A stretch of DNA of 64,000 nucleotides from Marsupella aquatica (taxonomy: Eukaryota; Plantae; Marchantiophyta). The DNA lies in contig OZ316896.1 of the NCBI GenBank assembly GCA_973895155.1, positions 8,453,539 through 8,517,538 of the forward strand, in the 5' to 3' direction. Positions within the stretch are counted from its first letter, which is position 1; each line of letters begins with the position of its first letter. The notes beneath the pieces are model-generated. The model had not been told where the DNA came from. It saw only the letters and a program-made list of their open reading frames with translations, and searched no databases. A program made the translations under genes and the position numbers. This document shows, in pieces, positions 36,986-47,220 of this stretch.

Positions 36986-38515
36986 ATGGGACTATTTGGC
37001 ATAATCCTGTCGGTAGTGATCTCACCCTGGTCGATGACAATTGACTGGATTTGGAAGCCCTGGAGTTTGATTGTGGCTTGTCGGAAGCAAGGGATCACCG
37101 GTTTCTCTTTCGTACCTTTCGTGGGACAGCTTCTTCAGATTTCCAAGGCATTGACAAGGCCTCAGTCTGGGAATGACTGGGAAGCATTAAGCAGTGTACA
37201 GCAGTGTGTTGAGAAGCATGGAAAAGTGTTCTACTTCACAACTGGCAGAACTGTGAGAATTTGTATCTCAGACCCTGACCTGTTGAAGGATTTACTGGCA
37301 GACAACTCGGACAGCTATGCCAAACCGTCTTTCATTCATGTTCTGGGCATTCTGGGAGACGGGCTGTTTTCCTCGAGCGGGGAAGTGTGGGCTCCGCAAC
37401 GGAAACTACTGGGTCTTTCATTCACAAACAAAGAGATTAAGCCAGAGGTCGGCCATATCGTCAGCATTGCTCGGTCTGCCCTGGAGCAATGGTTTCAAGA
37501 GATTAACTCAAATTCTGGCGAACTGAACATCTATCACAAGTTACTTCAACTCACACTGAATGTCATACAAAAATTTGCGTTTGGACAAAATGCACCTGAA
37601 GAAGGATCACAACCACTCATAACAGGCGCCTATGACCGATATCTTCACAATTCTCGGCAGCTCGTGTTTGGTCCACCAGCTGCCATTCCTGGTTACCGGT
37701 TTCTTCCAACAAGTACTAATCGAGAAATCAATAGGGATCAAAAATGGTTATCTGGTGTCGCTGATGCATTGATCGAGGCTCGATCCAGAGGCTATTCTTC
37801 ATCACCAGCTGAGCTGAGGGATCACAAGGATGTCCTGGATTTGTTGATGGGTGCAGTACAGGACGACTCTAAAGCAGTCAGCAGTCAGCAATTGAGGGAC
37901 AACTGTCTCACTATTCTTCTGGCGGGCCATCACACTACTGCAAGTTTGGTGACATGGACGATGTACATGCTAGCTCTTGAGCCGCTGTGGCAAGATAAGG
38001 CACGGGCAGAAGTGGAAGAATTACGTGCAAGGGGAGAAGTGGGATGGGATACCTTGTCTGGCATGAAGATCACAACAATGATTTTGCAAGAAACATTGAG
38101 GTTTTTTCCTCCAGTTCCTCTGATAGGTAGATCCTGTTTGAAAGAAAACTCTGTAGGTCGCTACACAATTCCAGCGGGAGTGGAGATTTTAATTCCCACG
38201 GCAGTTCTCCATCGTGACAAGGAGTTATGGGGCGAGGATGCAGACCAATTCTTGCCAACGAGATTTGCAAAGGGAATTGGCACAGCGTGCAAGCATGCCA
38301 TGGGATATCTGCCCTTTGGGTCTGGCCCTCGCACATGTATTGGGCAGGCATTAGCTCTAGCTGAAGCCAAAGCTGTGCTGGCAGTGATGCTTTCAGCCTT
38401 TTCTTGGAAGCTTAGTCCCGGGTATCGGCACTCGCCAGATGTCTCTCTTTCTCTGCAACCCAAGTTTGGAATTCCCCTTATGATAGAGAAATTTAACGAT
38501 TCCGGAGCGAAGTGA
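36986..38515 (+). CDS. Cytochrome P450, CYP72 clan, 509 aa, no introns in the CDS
   Basis: Clan-72-like N-terminus WIWKPWSL...RKQGITG, C-helix WAPQRK, I-helix AGHHTT, WQDKARAEV, ETLR (ExxR), LWGEDA..FLPTRF, heme motif YLPFGSGPRTCIG. Confidence 0.96.
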   Translation: MGLFGIILSVVISPWSMTIDWIWKPWSLIVACRKQGITGFSFVPFVGQLLQISKALTRPQSGNDWEALSSVQQCVEKHGKVFYFTTGRTVRICISDPDLLKDLLADNSDSYAKPSFIHVLGILGDGLFSSSGEVWAPQRKLLGLSFTNKEIKPEVGHIVSIARSALEQWFQEINSNSGELNIYHKLLQLTLNVIQKFAFGQNAPEEGSQPLITGAYDRYLHNSRQLVFGPPAAIPGYRFLPTSTNREINRDQKWLSGVADALIEARSRGYSSSPAELRDHKDVLDLLMGAVQDDSKAVSSQQLRDNCLTILLAGHHTTASLVTWTMYMLALEPLWQDKARAEVEELRARGEVGWDTLSGMKITTMILQETLRFFPPVPLIGRSCLKENSVGRYTIPAGVEILIPTAVLHRDKELWGEDADQFLPTRFAKGIGTACKHAMGYLPFGSGPRTCIGQALALAEAKAVLAVMLSAFSWKLSPGYRHSPDVSLSLQPKFGIPLMIEKFNDSGAK

Positions 38516-39069
38516 GGGCGCTCGCAGGTAAACTTCGTGTCCGTCTGCACGGAGAAATGACTGGTGATGGGGGAGAGAAGTCGAGTGCGGCAGCGTTTGG
38601 CGATCGAGGAGCAACCCTACCTGTGCAATTATACTCCTCACATGTAACTTCAACGATCCCACCTCCACCATCTTTCCCTTCTAAACCACTGCTATGCTCC
38701 CTGGGGGAATAAGCCGCTTAAGTCGCCACATTTTGTCACTTCTGCTACTTCACCTAAACCTCCACTGTCTACCAGTCTTCACAGGATCGCACCTATAGAT
38801 AAAATCACTCACCGCAATTGCTCGGATCTGGCCAAGTATGATTAGGGCGGCTTGGCATCGAGGCCGCAGCCCACAAACTCCCCTGACTGCCAGACGATTG
38901 GCTCCCTCCTTGGACTTTAGTGGCTCTCAATTCATCAAGTGCACCAGGTTTGTACCGTACTCATGATTTCATCTTGATATTGAGTTGTTGAATTGCAAAG
39001 CTCAGATGTTGTTCTGCCGACTAGTTTTGCTCTGGGTTTAGTCATTTGTGAGCTAATCCTACAATATCA

Positions 39070-39727
39070 TCAGGTCTTACAAACTGGGAGAATTGTAGAT
39101 ACAATAAGATGGCTCATGCGAAGTGTATGGCATTTTTCATCTCGTATCCTGTCAGGAATGCGGCAGTAGTTCAGTTCAGCACGAGATGGAGTGAAGTGTG
39201 CAGAGAAATGACGCCCTTTGTCAACGACCCTTGCAAACGACACATCTTCATCACTATCATAAAGGTACTTCAGTCTTACTATACACGTAGTAGTACATAT
39301 TCTAGTAGTAGCTGTAACTTGTCTTACATTCCTCACCCTAACGTTCAGCCTCTCTAGGGTTGTACCAGTTGAGTATCTGGTAGCACTTCCATCTGTTATG
39401 AAGTGGGATTTGCAGTGGTAATCTTGACTATTCTCGGGGAAGAACTCACGTGAATGTTCAACTCTGCTCTTGTCCAGGTGGACGTCGATGACCACTGTCA
39501 TCTATGGAAACCAAAAATTGTGAATTTTGTGCTCACTGTCAAAATATAGAAGAATGGTTCAAACGTGACGAGCTCCTAGATGTAAACAGTGTAGCTGGAC
39601 GATCCACAAATATTTTTAGGGGGCTATAAATGCGTCCCGTTCCTAGCGATTGCCTGCGGCGCCTAATTGGCGACGACTCACTAAAATCATGTAGGATTGA
39701 ATAGCTGATTCGTACATGCTGTGACAA
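39070..39727 (-). pseudogene. Possible gene remnant of unknown family
   Basis: 143-aa ORF 39070-39501 preceded by an acceptor-like ttccatag and containing a donor-like gtaaga. Adjacent 62-codon ORF upstream. No family recognised. Confidence 0.25.
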
Positions 39728-40570
39728 TACTGTAGAGGATGTAGTGTAGACTAGATCCCTGATCCAATAAGATGAGCAAATTTAAGAATCTTAAATGCAA
39801 AATGCGCGGTGTAGCTGAGGCACTCTTGTTCTCCTTAATTGCTCGACAAAGAGCTGCTCGTAGAAATTTGATTATTCTTGTATACTAACGACGGTACTGT
39901 GTTTCTGTGGTAAGAAGAATTGGTCTTCTGCAAAGATGATGAGTCTTTTGCAGTGTCTACCCAGGTTATGAGTACAATTACACCGTATCAAGAGGGTCTT
40001 CTGGCTATTTATCGAGATTGAGTTGTTGCTGTTGATAGCTGTTGACAGGATTGGGGCAACATTGTTTAAGATTTCTATGTCTTCTTCTTAGTATCATTTG
40101 CCGGGCCACGCTTGACGTAAGATTTCTGAGAAAAGTATCTAACGTAAATGTGTTGTGTGAAGGGTTTTGGAGTGGGCTGAAACGTTGTCTCCGTACTACC
40201 TGTACTTAAATTGACTTCTCAAACTCGGTTTCCAATGTACTTGACCTCAAGCTTCCCTAGGTGGATGCTTTCAAACCGAATGTTCAAATTGACCAAACGT
40301 TCCAGCTGCTTGAAAGAGCATGGGGCATGAACGAGCATTGAGAAACATCCATCGTTGGGCCGTGTAGAAGTTGAACACTTTGAGAGGCAGAATTGAATGA
40401 AGCGTAGGATGAAAGAACAAATCTCAGAATGAATGAGCGAATTAGCAGAATCACTTTGACCGTTGGATTGAAAAGAATCACTTTGACCATTGGATTGAAA
40501 AGCAAAATCATAAGAACGAATCAATGGAATAGCAGAATTCCCCAATAAGAATTTCGGAGATAGAATCATT

Positions 40571-41316
40571 GTGAACCCGATTGAAGAGCATCTGGTCTAC
40601 ACTACATCCGCACTCTATTTTAGCTCCATGTGCACGAATTTCTCCACAGGAATGGGTGAAATGGCAGTGGAAGATGCTGTGAGTGATGAAGTGCTTGCAA
40701 TCAACCAACAGGAAATGATTGTTGGGCGACAAAACAATAGGGAGAAGGACAGGCGGAAAGAGATCAAGGGGCAAAAAAATGAAAGTGACGATGATGGAAA
40801 TCTAGAGCCGTTACCGACAGAGGTACTGTAGTGTGATCGAGAAGTGGAAGAGATGACTTTTGGTGCATCGCTGAAGTCAGACATTCCAATGCTTGGTCAG
40901 CACATCGGAGACTTTCGCTGAAAGCAGTGGTGATGATGATGGAAACAGGAAAACCCGTTGCAGACAGAGGCAGTGTTATCGATGAGAAGCGGAAGAGACG
41001 ACTTTTGGTGCATAGCTGAAGTCAAACATTTTAATGCTTGATCAGCACATGGAGGCTCAGAAGCAGATGAAGTCCAAGCGCTCGAGATAGTGCCGGAAAT
41101 GACGATCCAGCGTCGGAAGCCAACACTCAACCGCTGCGGTTGTGGAACATAATTTAAGAATCATCCCCTCTCCTCGGGAGTTGCAATAGTTTCCACAAAA
41201 GGGCATCAATCAAAGCTCCTCTATCCAGGCTTTGTTGACGCAGGATGATGTAGGAAAGGCAACGATATAACGACGTAGACTACATTTCTCAAGATCAAGA
41301 CATCGAGTCGAACGAC
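40571..41316 (+). pseudogene. Decayed coding-like 5' region upstream of the 518-aa ORF, with ~147-bp tandem duplication
   Basis: Acidic ORF 40571-40831 continues past TAG as protein-like sequence. Blocks ~40790-40905 and ~40935-41050 are duplicates with frameshifts. QDQDIESND just before ATG 41317 is in frame and matches the ORF's internal QDQDGESND repeat. Confidence 0.5.
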
Positions 41317-42873
41317 ATGGACAAAGAATCTATTCATGACATTAGCAGTACAAGCAGCAGTGAAGGATCTAATGGCACAAAACACGAGCAGACAAGTGAT
41401 TCTAGCGGAACGCAAGATCAAGATGGAGAATCGAATGACACAGAGGATGAGCAGACAAGTCATTCTAGTGGAACACAAGATCAACATGGAGAATCTTACT
41501 TGTGTAGGGACTGTGGGTCTAGGAATATAGCGCGTAGCTGTTCAGGGATGAGCAAGGGCAGAGCAGAAAGAATCCCCATTCAGATGGGTAGTCCCCTTTC
41601 TCCTCCTGGACAATCACCCTCGCCAGAGAATCTTGAGAAAGCTGAGACATCTGAAAGGTTAGAGAAACAGGATGAGGTTCCTTTACTTGACTGGCACGCA
41701 AAAGTGGAGATCACTGAGACGGAACCAATGCTGCCTCCACAACCCATCTCTAAAGGGTTGAAATTGAGGGTGATAGGACCAATGCCTGAAGCGGTCAACA
41801 GTGTCAAAGACGTGCTTGTAACTGGGATATTGGGAGGGTTTCGAGTCAGATACATGCGTTTTGAAAAGATATTGCTAACCGGGAATATAGCTGGCAGGAG
41901 TGGCCGCGTAGTGTGTGACTGCAACCTGTGTAAAGGAAAGACGACGGTAAGTCTTACTGATTTTGAGAGACACGCTGGAAGTACGGCTAAAAAAACTTCA
42001 AAATTCATTTACATTGACAACGGTAAGAGTCTATATGAAGTCATGGAAGCAGCTCGGACAGCTGCTGAGAATGGGAAGCCAGTGCGAAAGGCTCTACAGG
42101 TGGTGATGGGGCCAGACCCTGACAAAAGTCCTGAGAGCAGTTCTCAATCAGTGCCTCGCATAGAAGGAGATGAGGAGGAGATCACAGGTGATAGGAAGCA
42201 AAGGCCTTTGGTACCTAAAGACTATACTGCAAAGAAGACGAGAGCTATGTCAACTCCCAACCTTGCTGGTGCCTCGCCTCCTCCGCAAATTTCGCCCAGT
42301 ACAACTGCAGCTGGAGAGTTGTCAAGCACCTCGTCAAATACTTCAGGTTCAAACATCCTGTCTACGACAAACAACGAGGAGGGTGGGGATAGCGACAACA
42401 TCCTGTCTAAGACAAACAACGATGTGGATGGGGATAGCGACAACGAGCAGGAGAAAGATGATGTGGTTGAGAAGATTATCTTCGATGACCCCAAACACAT
42501 CTCGAATGCAGAAAGAGAAACATTTCTTTCACTACCAGTGGATAGCGAGCAGCTGTTGGCTTATCCAATAGATTGGGATATCTATGATAACAGTAATCTG
42601 CACCTACCAATGGAGCGTCTGATTTCAGAGGAGGTTACGGAGAGAGTTGGGAGAGTGGCCTTCACTGAAGAGGATCTCATTATGCTTAATTCTCTAAGAG
42701 CAAGAATCTTAAGGAAATTCAGCAAGCATGTAACTGCAGACAAGCTGCTGAACATGTTAAAGTTTTACTTCGGCCATGATGCTTATAGCTTATTCTACGT
42801 ATTGTGGCGGAATTTGATAAATGAGATTCGACTAATTGAAATCCTCGTCTCAGACTCCGAAGCACAACCTTAA
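41317..42873 (+). CDS. 518-aa intron-free ORF: Tify-domain-binding domain (TDBD) plus C-terminal RBM25-like PWI domain
   Basis: aa ~163-246: VKDVLVTGILGGFRVRY...VVCDCNLCKG..VSLTDFERHAGS...FIYIDNGKSLYEVM (TDBD of IDM1-like PHD/GNAT proteins). aa ~404-510: LPVDSEQLLAYPIDWDIYDNSNLHLPMERLISEEVTERVG...HVTADKLLNML...LWRNLINEIRLIE (RBM25 PWI pattern). In-frame 60- and 45-bp internal duplications. Confidence 0.8.
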   Translation: MDKESIHDISSTSSSEGSNGTKHEQTSDSSGTQDQDGESNDTEDEQTSHSSGTQDQHGESYLCRDCGSRNIARSCSGMSKGRAERIPIQMGSPLSPPGQSPSPENLEKAETSERLEKQDEVPLLDWHAKVEITETEPMLPPQPISKGLKLRVIGPMPEAVNSVKDVLVTGILGGFRVRYMRFEKILLTGNIAGRSGRVVCDCNLCKGKTTVSLTDFERHAGSTAKKTSKFIYIDNGKSLYEVMEAARTAAENGKPVRKALQVVMGPDPDKSPESSSQSVPRIEGDEEEITGDRKQRPLVPKDYTAKKTRAMSTPNLAGASPPPQISPSTTAAGELSSTSSNTSGSNILSTTNNEEGGDSDNILSKTNNDVDGDSDNEQEKDDVVEKIIFDDPKHISNAERETFLSLPVDSEQLLAYPIDWDIYDNSNLHLPMERLISEEVTERVGRVAFTEEDLIMLNSLRARILRKFSKHVTADKLLNMLKFYFGHDAYSLFYVLWRNLINEIRLIEILVSDSEAQP

Positions 42874-45139
42874 CCTCGTGAAGAATAATACGATATTCTC
42901 TTCCGGGATTTCTAGAGAAATGTCAGAGCAGTAAAGAAAATCAGTCTACACAACAACAACAAAAATAATTTATTACTCGGTTTGACATAACACTGCTAAG
43001 CCCACGCTGATCTTTTCGGCAATAGTTTGGGCAGAGTAACAAAGTACTCCTTGAATCAGCCTTCGCCCAACTTGAAGTCTTACTGACTTTACTGATGCTG
43101 CTAATGAGAAAATTATGCGCGGGCAGTTTTGTTTGACTAATGATCTCATTAAAGCTAAGAGATCATCATGCGCTCTATGGTCAAATCAACTTGCTAAGGT
43201 TGAAACTTGCTACTGTGAGGTCAACATACCAGCCGACCGTCCGCTGTCTTCAGCCAATGTGACGTTTGGTTAGTCCACAGGACTGGCTACTGGCAAAACT
43301 TACTGTCTTTGAGCATGATACAAGGTGCAGTTTGTGAATGTAATAACAGTCCCACTGTCGCGGTAAATGCCCGGCCAAAGTGATGGCTTTGGGCACTGTA
43401 CTCCGAGAAAGTATTGTCCAGTGGCTGCGTTTTGCTCAAACAAGCTCTCCCGGCCTGCCCAAACTTGCCTCTTCTCACCAGAACTGCCCGCACGGCTCAC
43501 CAAATACCATGGACAGTAGGGATGCACGGATCTTGATCTCAGCAGCTGGTCCTGCTCCATCAGAATCAGAAAGTCGAGGCATTTTATGTCACTTGCATTT
43601 TACGGTCATGTTGCTGGACTCACACCGTGTGGATAGGGTCACGCCAGACTGTATGTCATCTGCCTCTTTACTGAGTCGCGTTAATTGGGAATGCTCTAAT
43701 GGTTGCAACTGGCCGGTCTACTATCATCTACAGTAGCTTGAATAACTTATTCCCTCTATGATGGCTCGTCTTTTGGCCCTATCTTGGGCTTCCTATTGTG
43801 CTCACAGGATTGGATTTCACGTGGCCACGACATAAAACATTGCAGGTGTGACAAAGTCAGCACTTCCTCTGACTTTGTTGAGGATTTGATCTCGGATTTG
43901 AAACACTGCTTACTTATACTCTGGAATTAACGATTTGAACTTCCATACATGTTGACGAGGGTCTGATAATGTTTGCTCCCTGCATTGCAGTTGTCTATTG
44001 TTAGTTAGATGAAGACAGTACTCTGCCTGAACCTCAAACATGGACTGCAATGCAATTATGTATTGGTAGTCAGAGAAGCGGTACTCTGGCTGGACACCCC
44101 CCGCCAACGACAACCCCCGCCAACGACAACCCCCGCCAACGACTACAGTCTGTTTTGAGCTAGCTCCTCGCTCTAAACAAATCCTTTATGAACCATTCAT
44201 CGCAAACGATGCTCGTGAACTTTCATTTGTGCATGTGTGAAATCCCCGTAATCCAGTGGGTGTGTCTAAGTCGGTCAAGCCTTTCATGCATCTCAGTCTT
44301 GTGTTCCTCAAGTTTGTTCGCAGGAGCTCGTTCGACAACTTTAGACACCAATTCTCCTTATCGGTCTGAAACCCTCGTTCTCGGATTCTAGGTGTAGAAA
44401 ACTACAATGTTCGGAATGAAGGCGATGAGAGGACATCTAGGCCCATCTCGCAACCAACCAACCAAGGTAATCACAGCTGAAACATACAGCCATACCTTGT
44501 TGCAATAATGTCTATTCTACCATATTTAACTAGAAGATCATCAGTCACGTTCAATCGCAAACTAGAAGCTCATCGGTCACGTTCAATCGCAAAAGACGCC
44601 CAGAGATTACATAATTGATAGTATCTCTTCCCCTTGAAAATCTTGACCGAAGCCTTTTGTCATGAAAGGACATGGGAGATTGAGCGGCCTTTTGCCCCGG
44701 AACACGACATGATCGTCTGTGACTAGACAAACTTTTTGATTGAGAAGACATTTGCTACATTTACAAACAATTGAGTCGGGTTTTCCTTTGTTTGATATAC
44801 AATTGTCGGATTTGCAACTTGAGCGGGTCTCCACAGTAGTTGGGCCCCAATGACTCCATTCCGATGCAGACTTTGTCTAGATTAGGCAGATCGCTGATTG
44901 GTCTCGTGCTCCACTAGTTGGGCAAATTTAGACAAAGTCAACAGAAGCCAAAAATAATCCATTTCCCACAAAGACTTTGGATTTTGCTTTGGAGTCCATA
45001 ATTATGCATCTTTACCGGCAGTGGAGTACATTTCATTCAATCCACTCCCGTATAACCTTTCAACACGCACAGGTGACTTTCCAAATACAGTGGACTTTCC
45101 AAATAACAGAATCTTCCTATACATCCAGCTTCCAGGCTT

Positions 45140-45400
45140 GGGCATTCACTATTCTTTGGAGGAGTGAGACTGTTAGGGTTAGGGCATTAGGCATTCACTA
45201 TTCTTAGGAGGGGTGAGACGGTTAGCGTTAGGGCAGCTAGTCTATTCCATTGTTAGACCCCCCATAATTCTTAGGAAGGGTGAGATAGTTAGCGCTAGGG
45301 CAGCTAGTCAGATTCCATTGTTAGACCCCCCATAATTCTTAGGAAGGGTGAGATAGTTAGCGCTAGGGCAGCTAGTCAAATTCCATTGTTAGAACCCCCC
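45140..45400. repeat. ~70-bp tandem repeats
   Basis: attcttagga.gggtgaga..gttagcg.tagggcagctagtc.(g)attccattgttaga.cccc repeated about three times after a partial copy. Confidence 0.9.
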
Positions 45401-45415
45401 TAAACACTTCACCTA

Positions 45416-45783
45416 CACTCTTTATAGTATTTAGTGTCACTAACAATTAGTGTCACACACACTAATTAGGTGTAGCCCTTGATTTTCAGCCAAGTGACAC
45501 TATTAACCGTCACCCCTAATTTTGAAAATAAATTAATATATTGAAAAATATTGATAATTAGAGGTAATAATGTTATTGGTGGTAACCCTAAACTGGACCC
45601 ACTCCAAAGTTTTGACTATTGTTCTTTCTATTTGTTTTAACTTAAGTGTGTGTGACACTATTTGACATGTGACCATAATTAGTGACATATCATATTAGTG
45701 TCACACACCCTAATTACCGTCACTTATCTCAAATATAACCTCACAGTAATTAGAGTGTGTGAGACTAAATATTGTAAAGAGTG
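45416..45783. mobile_element. 368-bp non-autonomous DNA transposon, CACTC termini, TA TSD
   Basis: TIR cactcttta(t/c)a(g/a)tatttagt(g/c)tcac at both ends. TA at 45414-45415 and 45784-45785. Internal aattagtgtcac / gtgacacta repeats. Confidence 0.88.
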
Positions 45784-46862
45784 TAGCTCTACCAGGCTTT
45801 GCAGTTTGCCAATAGATAGGATTGCTGATAGGTTCCTCCGATCTGTGGGCCTTTTTCTTTATGGGTTTTTTGCTGGCCTCTCCTTTTTGAGACTTTTGCC
45901 TGGGGGCCGGGGGGGGGCTATCTCCCCTTTTGGGCTCCTCTTGTTCTTGTGCAGTGTGATATATACTTTTCTTGCGCTAGTTATAAGACTCTTAGAAATA
46001 TATTCCTAGTCAATCTAATGTCTCTAGTTTTTATGAATAGAAAATTAAGAATATAGTCTGTGTTATGCATTCTTTCTAAAGATTAATTCATAGCTCATTG
46101 TTTGTCACTTCCCAAAAACTTTTGAGGAACTAACTTGGGGTGATTAGAAACCCCTTAGAAGGATACTTTCAATGAGCTTAATGTTGCCAAAATTCTTTGA
46201 AAATTGAAATACCTACAAATGTCCAAAGATGACTCGTTGGGAAGTTTTCTTGTCACATTTCACTCATTGCTGTAATAATTATGTACTACGAGCCCTGTGC
46301 TTGCGTTACACGGCTAGCATGGGAGAAGTGTGCAGGGCAAGGCCGAGGCACAGACAGTGAGGTTGAGGATGCACAGGGAGGTCGCACAGGTGCTTACATT
46401 GGGTAAGCAAACTATAGCTCACAATGGAATGGATTGGATCTCTGCATCATGTTGTTTGATGTGAGCAGTAGGGTAATATTTAAAGTTGCTATATACTGTT
46501 TGATATGAGCAGAAAAGTTGGGTGTTTTCTGCAATCCATTCCTGTTTCAATATTATGTCCCAACATTTTGGCGATCTCAAAGCATCTTCCATGCGAAGCA
46601 GCGGAGCCACAGTAGCAAAGGCGACGATCAATGCACACTGTAATTTATTGTAATTAACAACCCTCAAAGGGCCGGATTGCTCTACTCTCGTAGTCTCGTG
46701 CCTTCCCCATGCTGAAACATAATATTTACTGCTCAAAAGCTCCACCTACCTAATATTGTACATGGCACAGATGGCGGCTTGAGATTGGTGTACCCGCTGC
46801 AACTTAATTAAAAAAGTTTCCCACCCATTCTTTCACTTTTTCAGGCCTCACCAAGTCTCCAC

Positions 46863-47220
46863 TATTAAGGACGAAAGCCAATCTCGAGGATAATTAATGC
46901 TAATCCGCATTAATTACCCCATCAGTGCTGCCCGCTGCCCGTATGTACTGCATCTGGATTTATAAATACCTGGAGCGAAAGAATGTTGTCACGAATTGTG
47001 GAGAGACTCAATGGTAGCACCGTTCAGTTAGGGATCGGGAGGTCCCGGGTTCGAAACCAGTTGTGTCAAAGAATGCATTTTAACATTCACCCCAGCCAAA
47101 AAGTGGCGATCATTCACGCTACTAACATTCAAAAAAATATGTAAAAGGGCGGGCAGTAGGCGCGGGCAGGTGTGTACTGAGGCTCTTAATGAGCCTCAAG
47201 ATTGCCTTTCGTCGCGAATG
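46863..47220. mobile_element. ~358-bp TIR element with 7-8 bp TSD, subterminal hairpins and an internal tRNA-like module
   Basis: Inverted match gacgaaagccaatctcgagg (46870) / cctcaagattgcctttcgtc (47194-47213). Direct repeat gtctccac at 46855-46862 and 47220-47227. Hairpins taattaatgc..gcattaatta and tgaggctc..gagcctca. Confidence 0.75.
46997..47066 (+). pseudogene. tRNA-derived (tRNA-Pro AGG-like) remnant or SINE-like head
   Basis: A-box-like gactcaatggtag, then ttagggatcgggaggtcccgggttcgaaacc, resembling the tRNA-Pro(AGG) 3' half with B-box GGTTCGAAACC. Acceptor and anticodon stems pair poorly, so it is not a functional tRNA. Confidence 0.55.

Noticed and set aside
43287-44834. Assorted 60-120 aa ORFs and small tandem repeats (e.g. 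16-bp x3 at ~44098-44143)
   Set aside because: No recognisable motif and no consistent exon chain could be built.
46997-47066. Functional tRNA-Pro gene
   Set aside because: Acceptor and anticodon stems do not pair properly; kept only as a tRNA-derived remnant.
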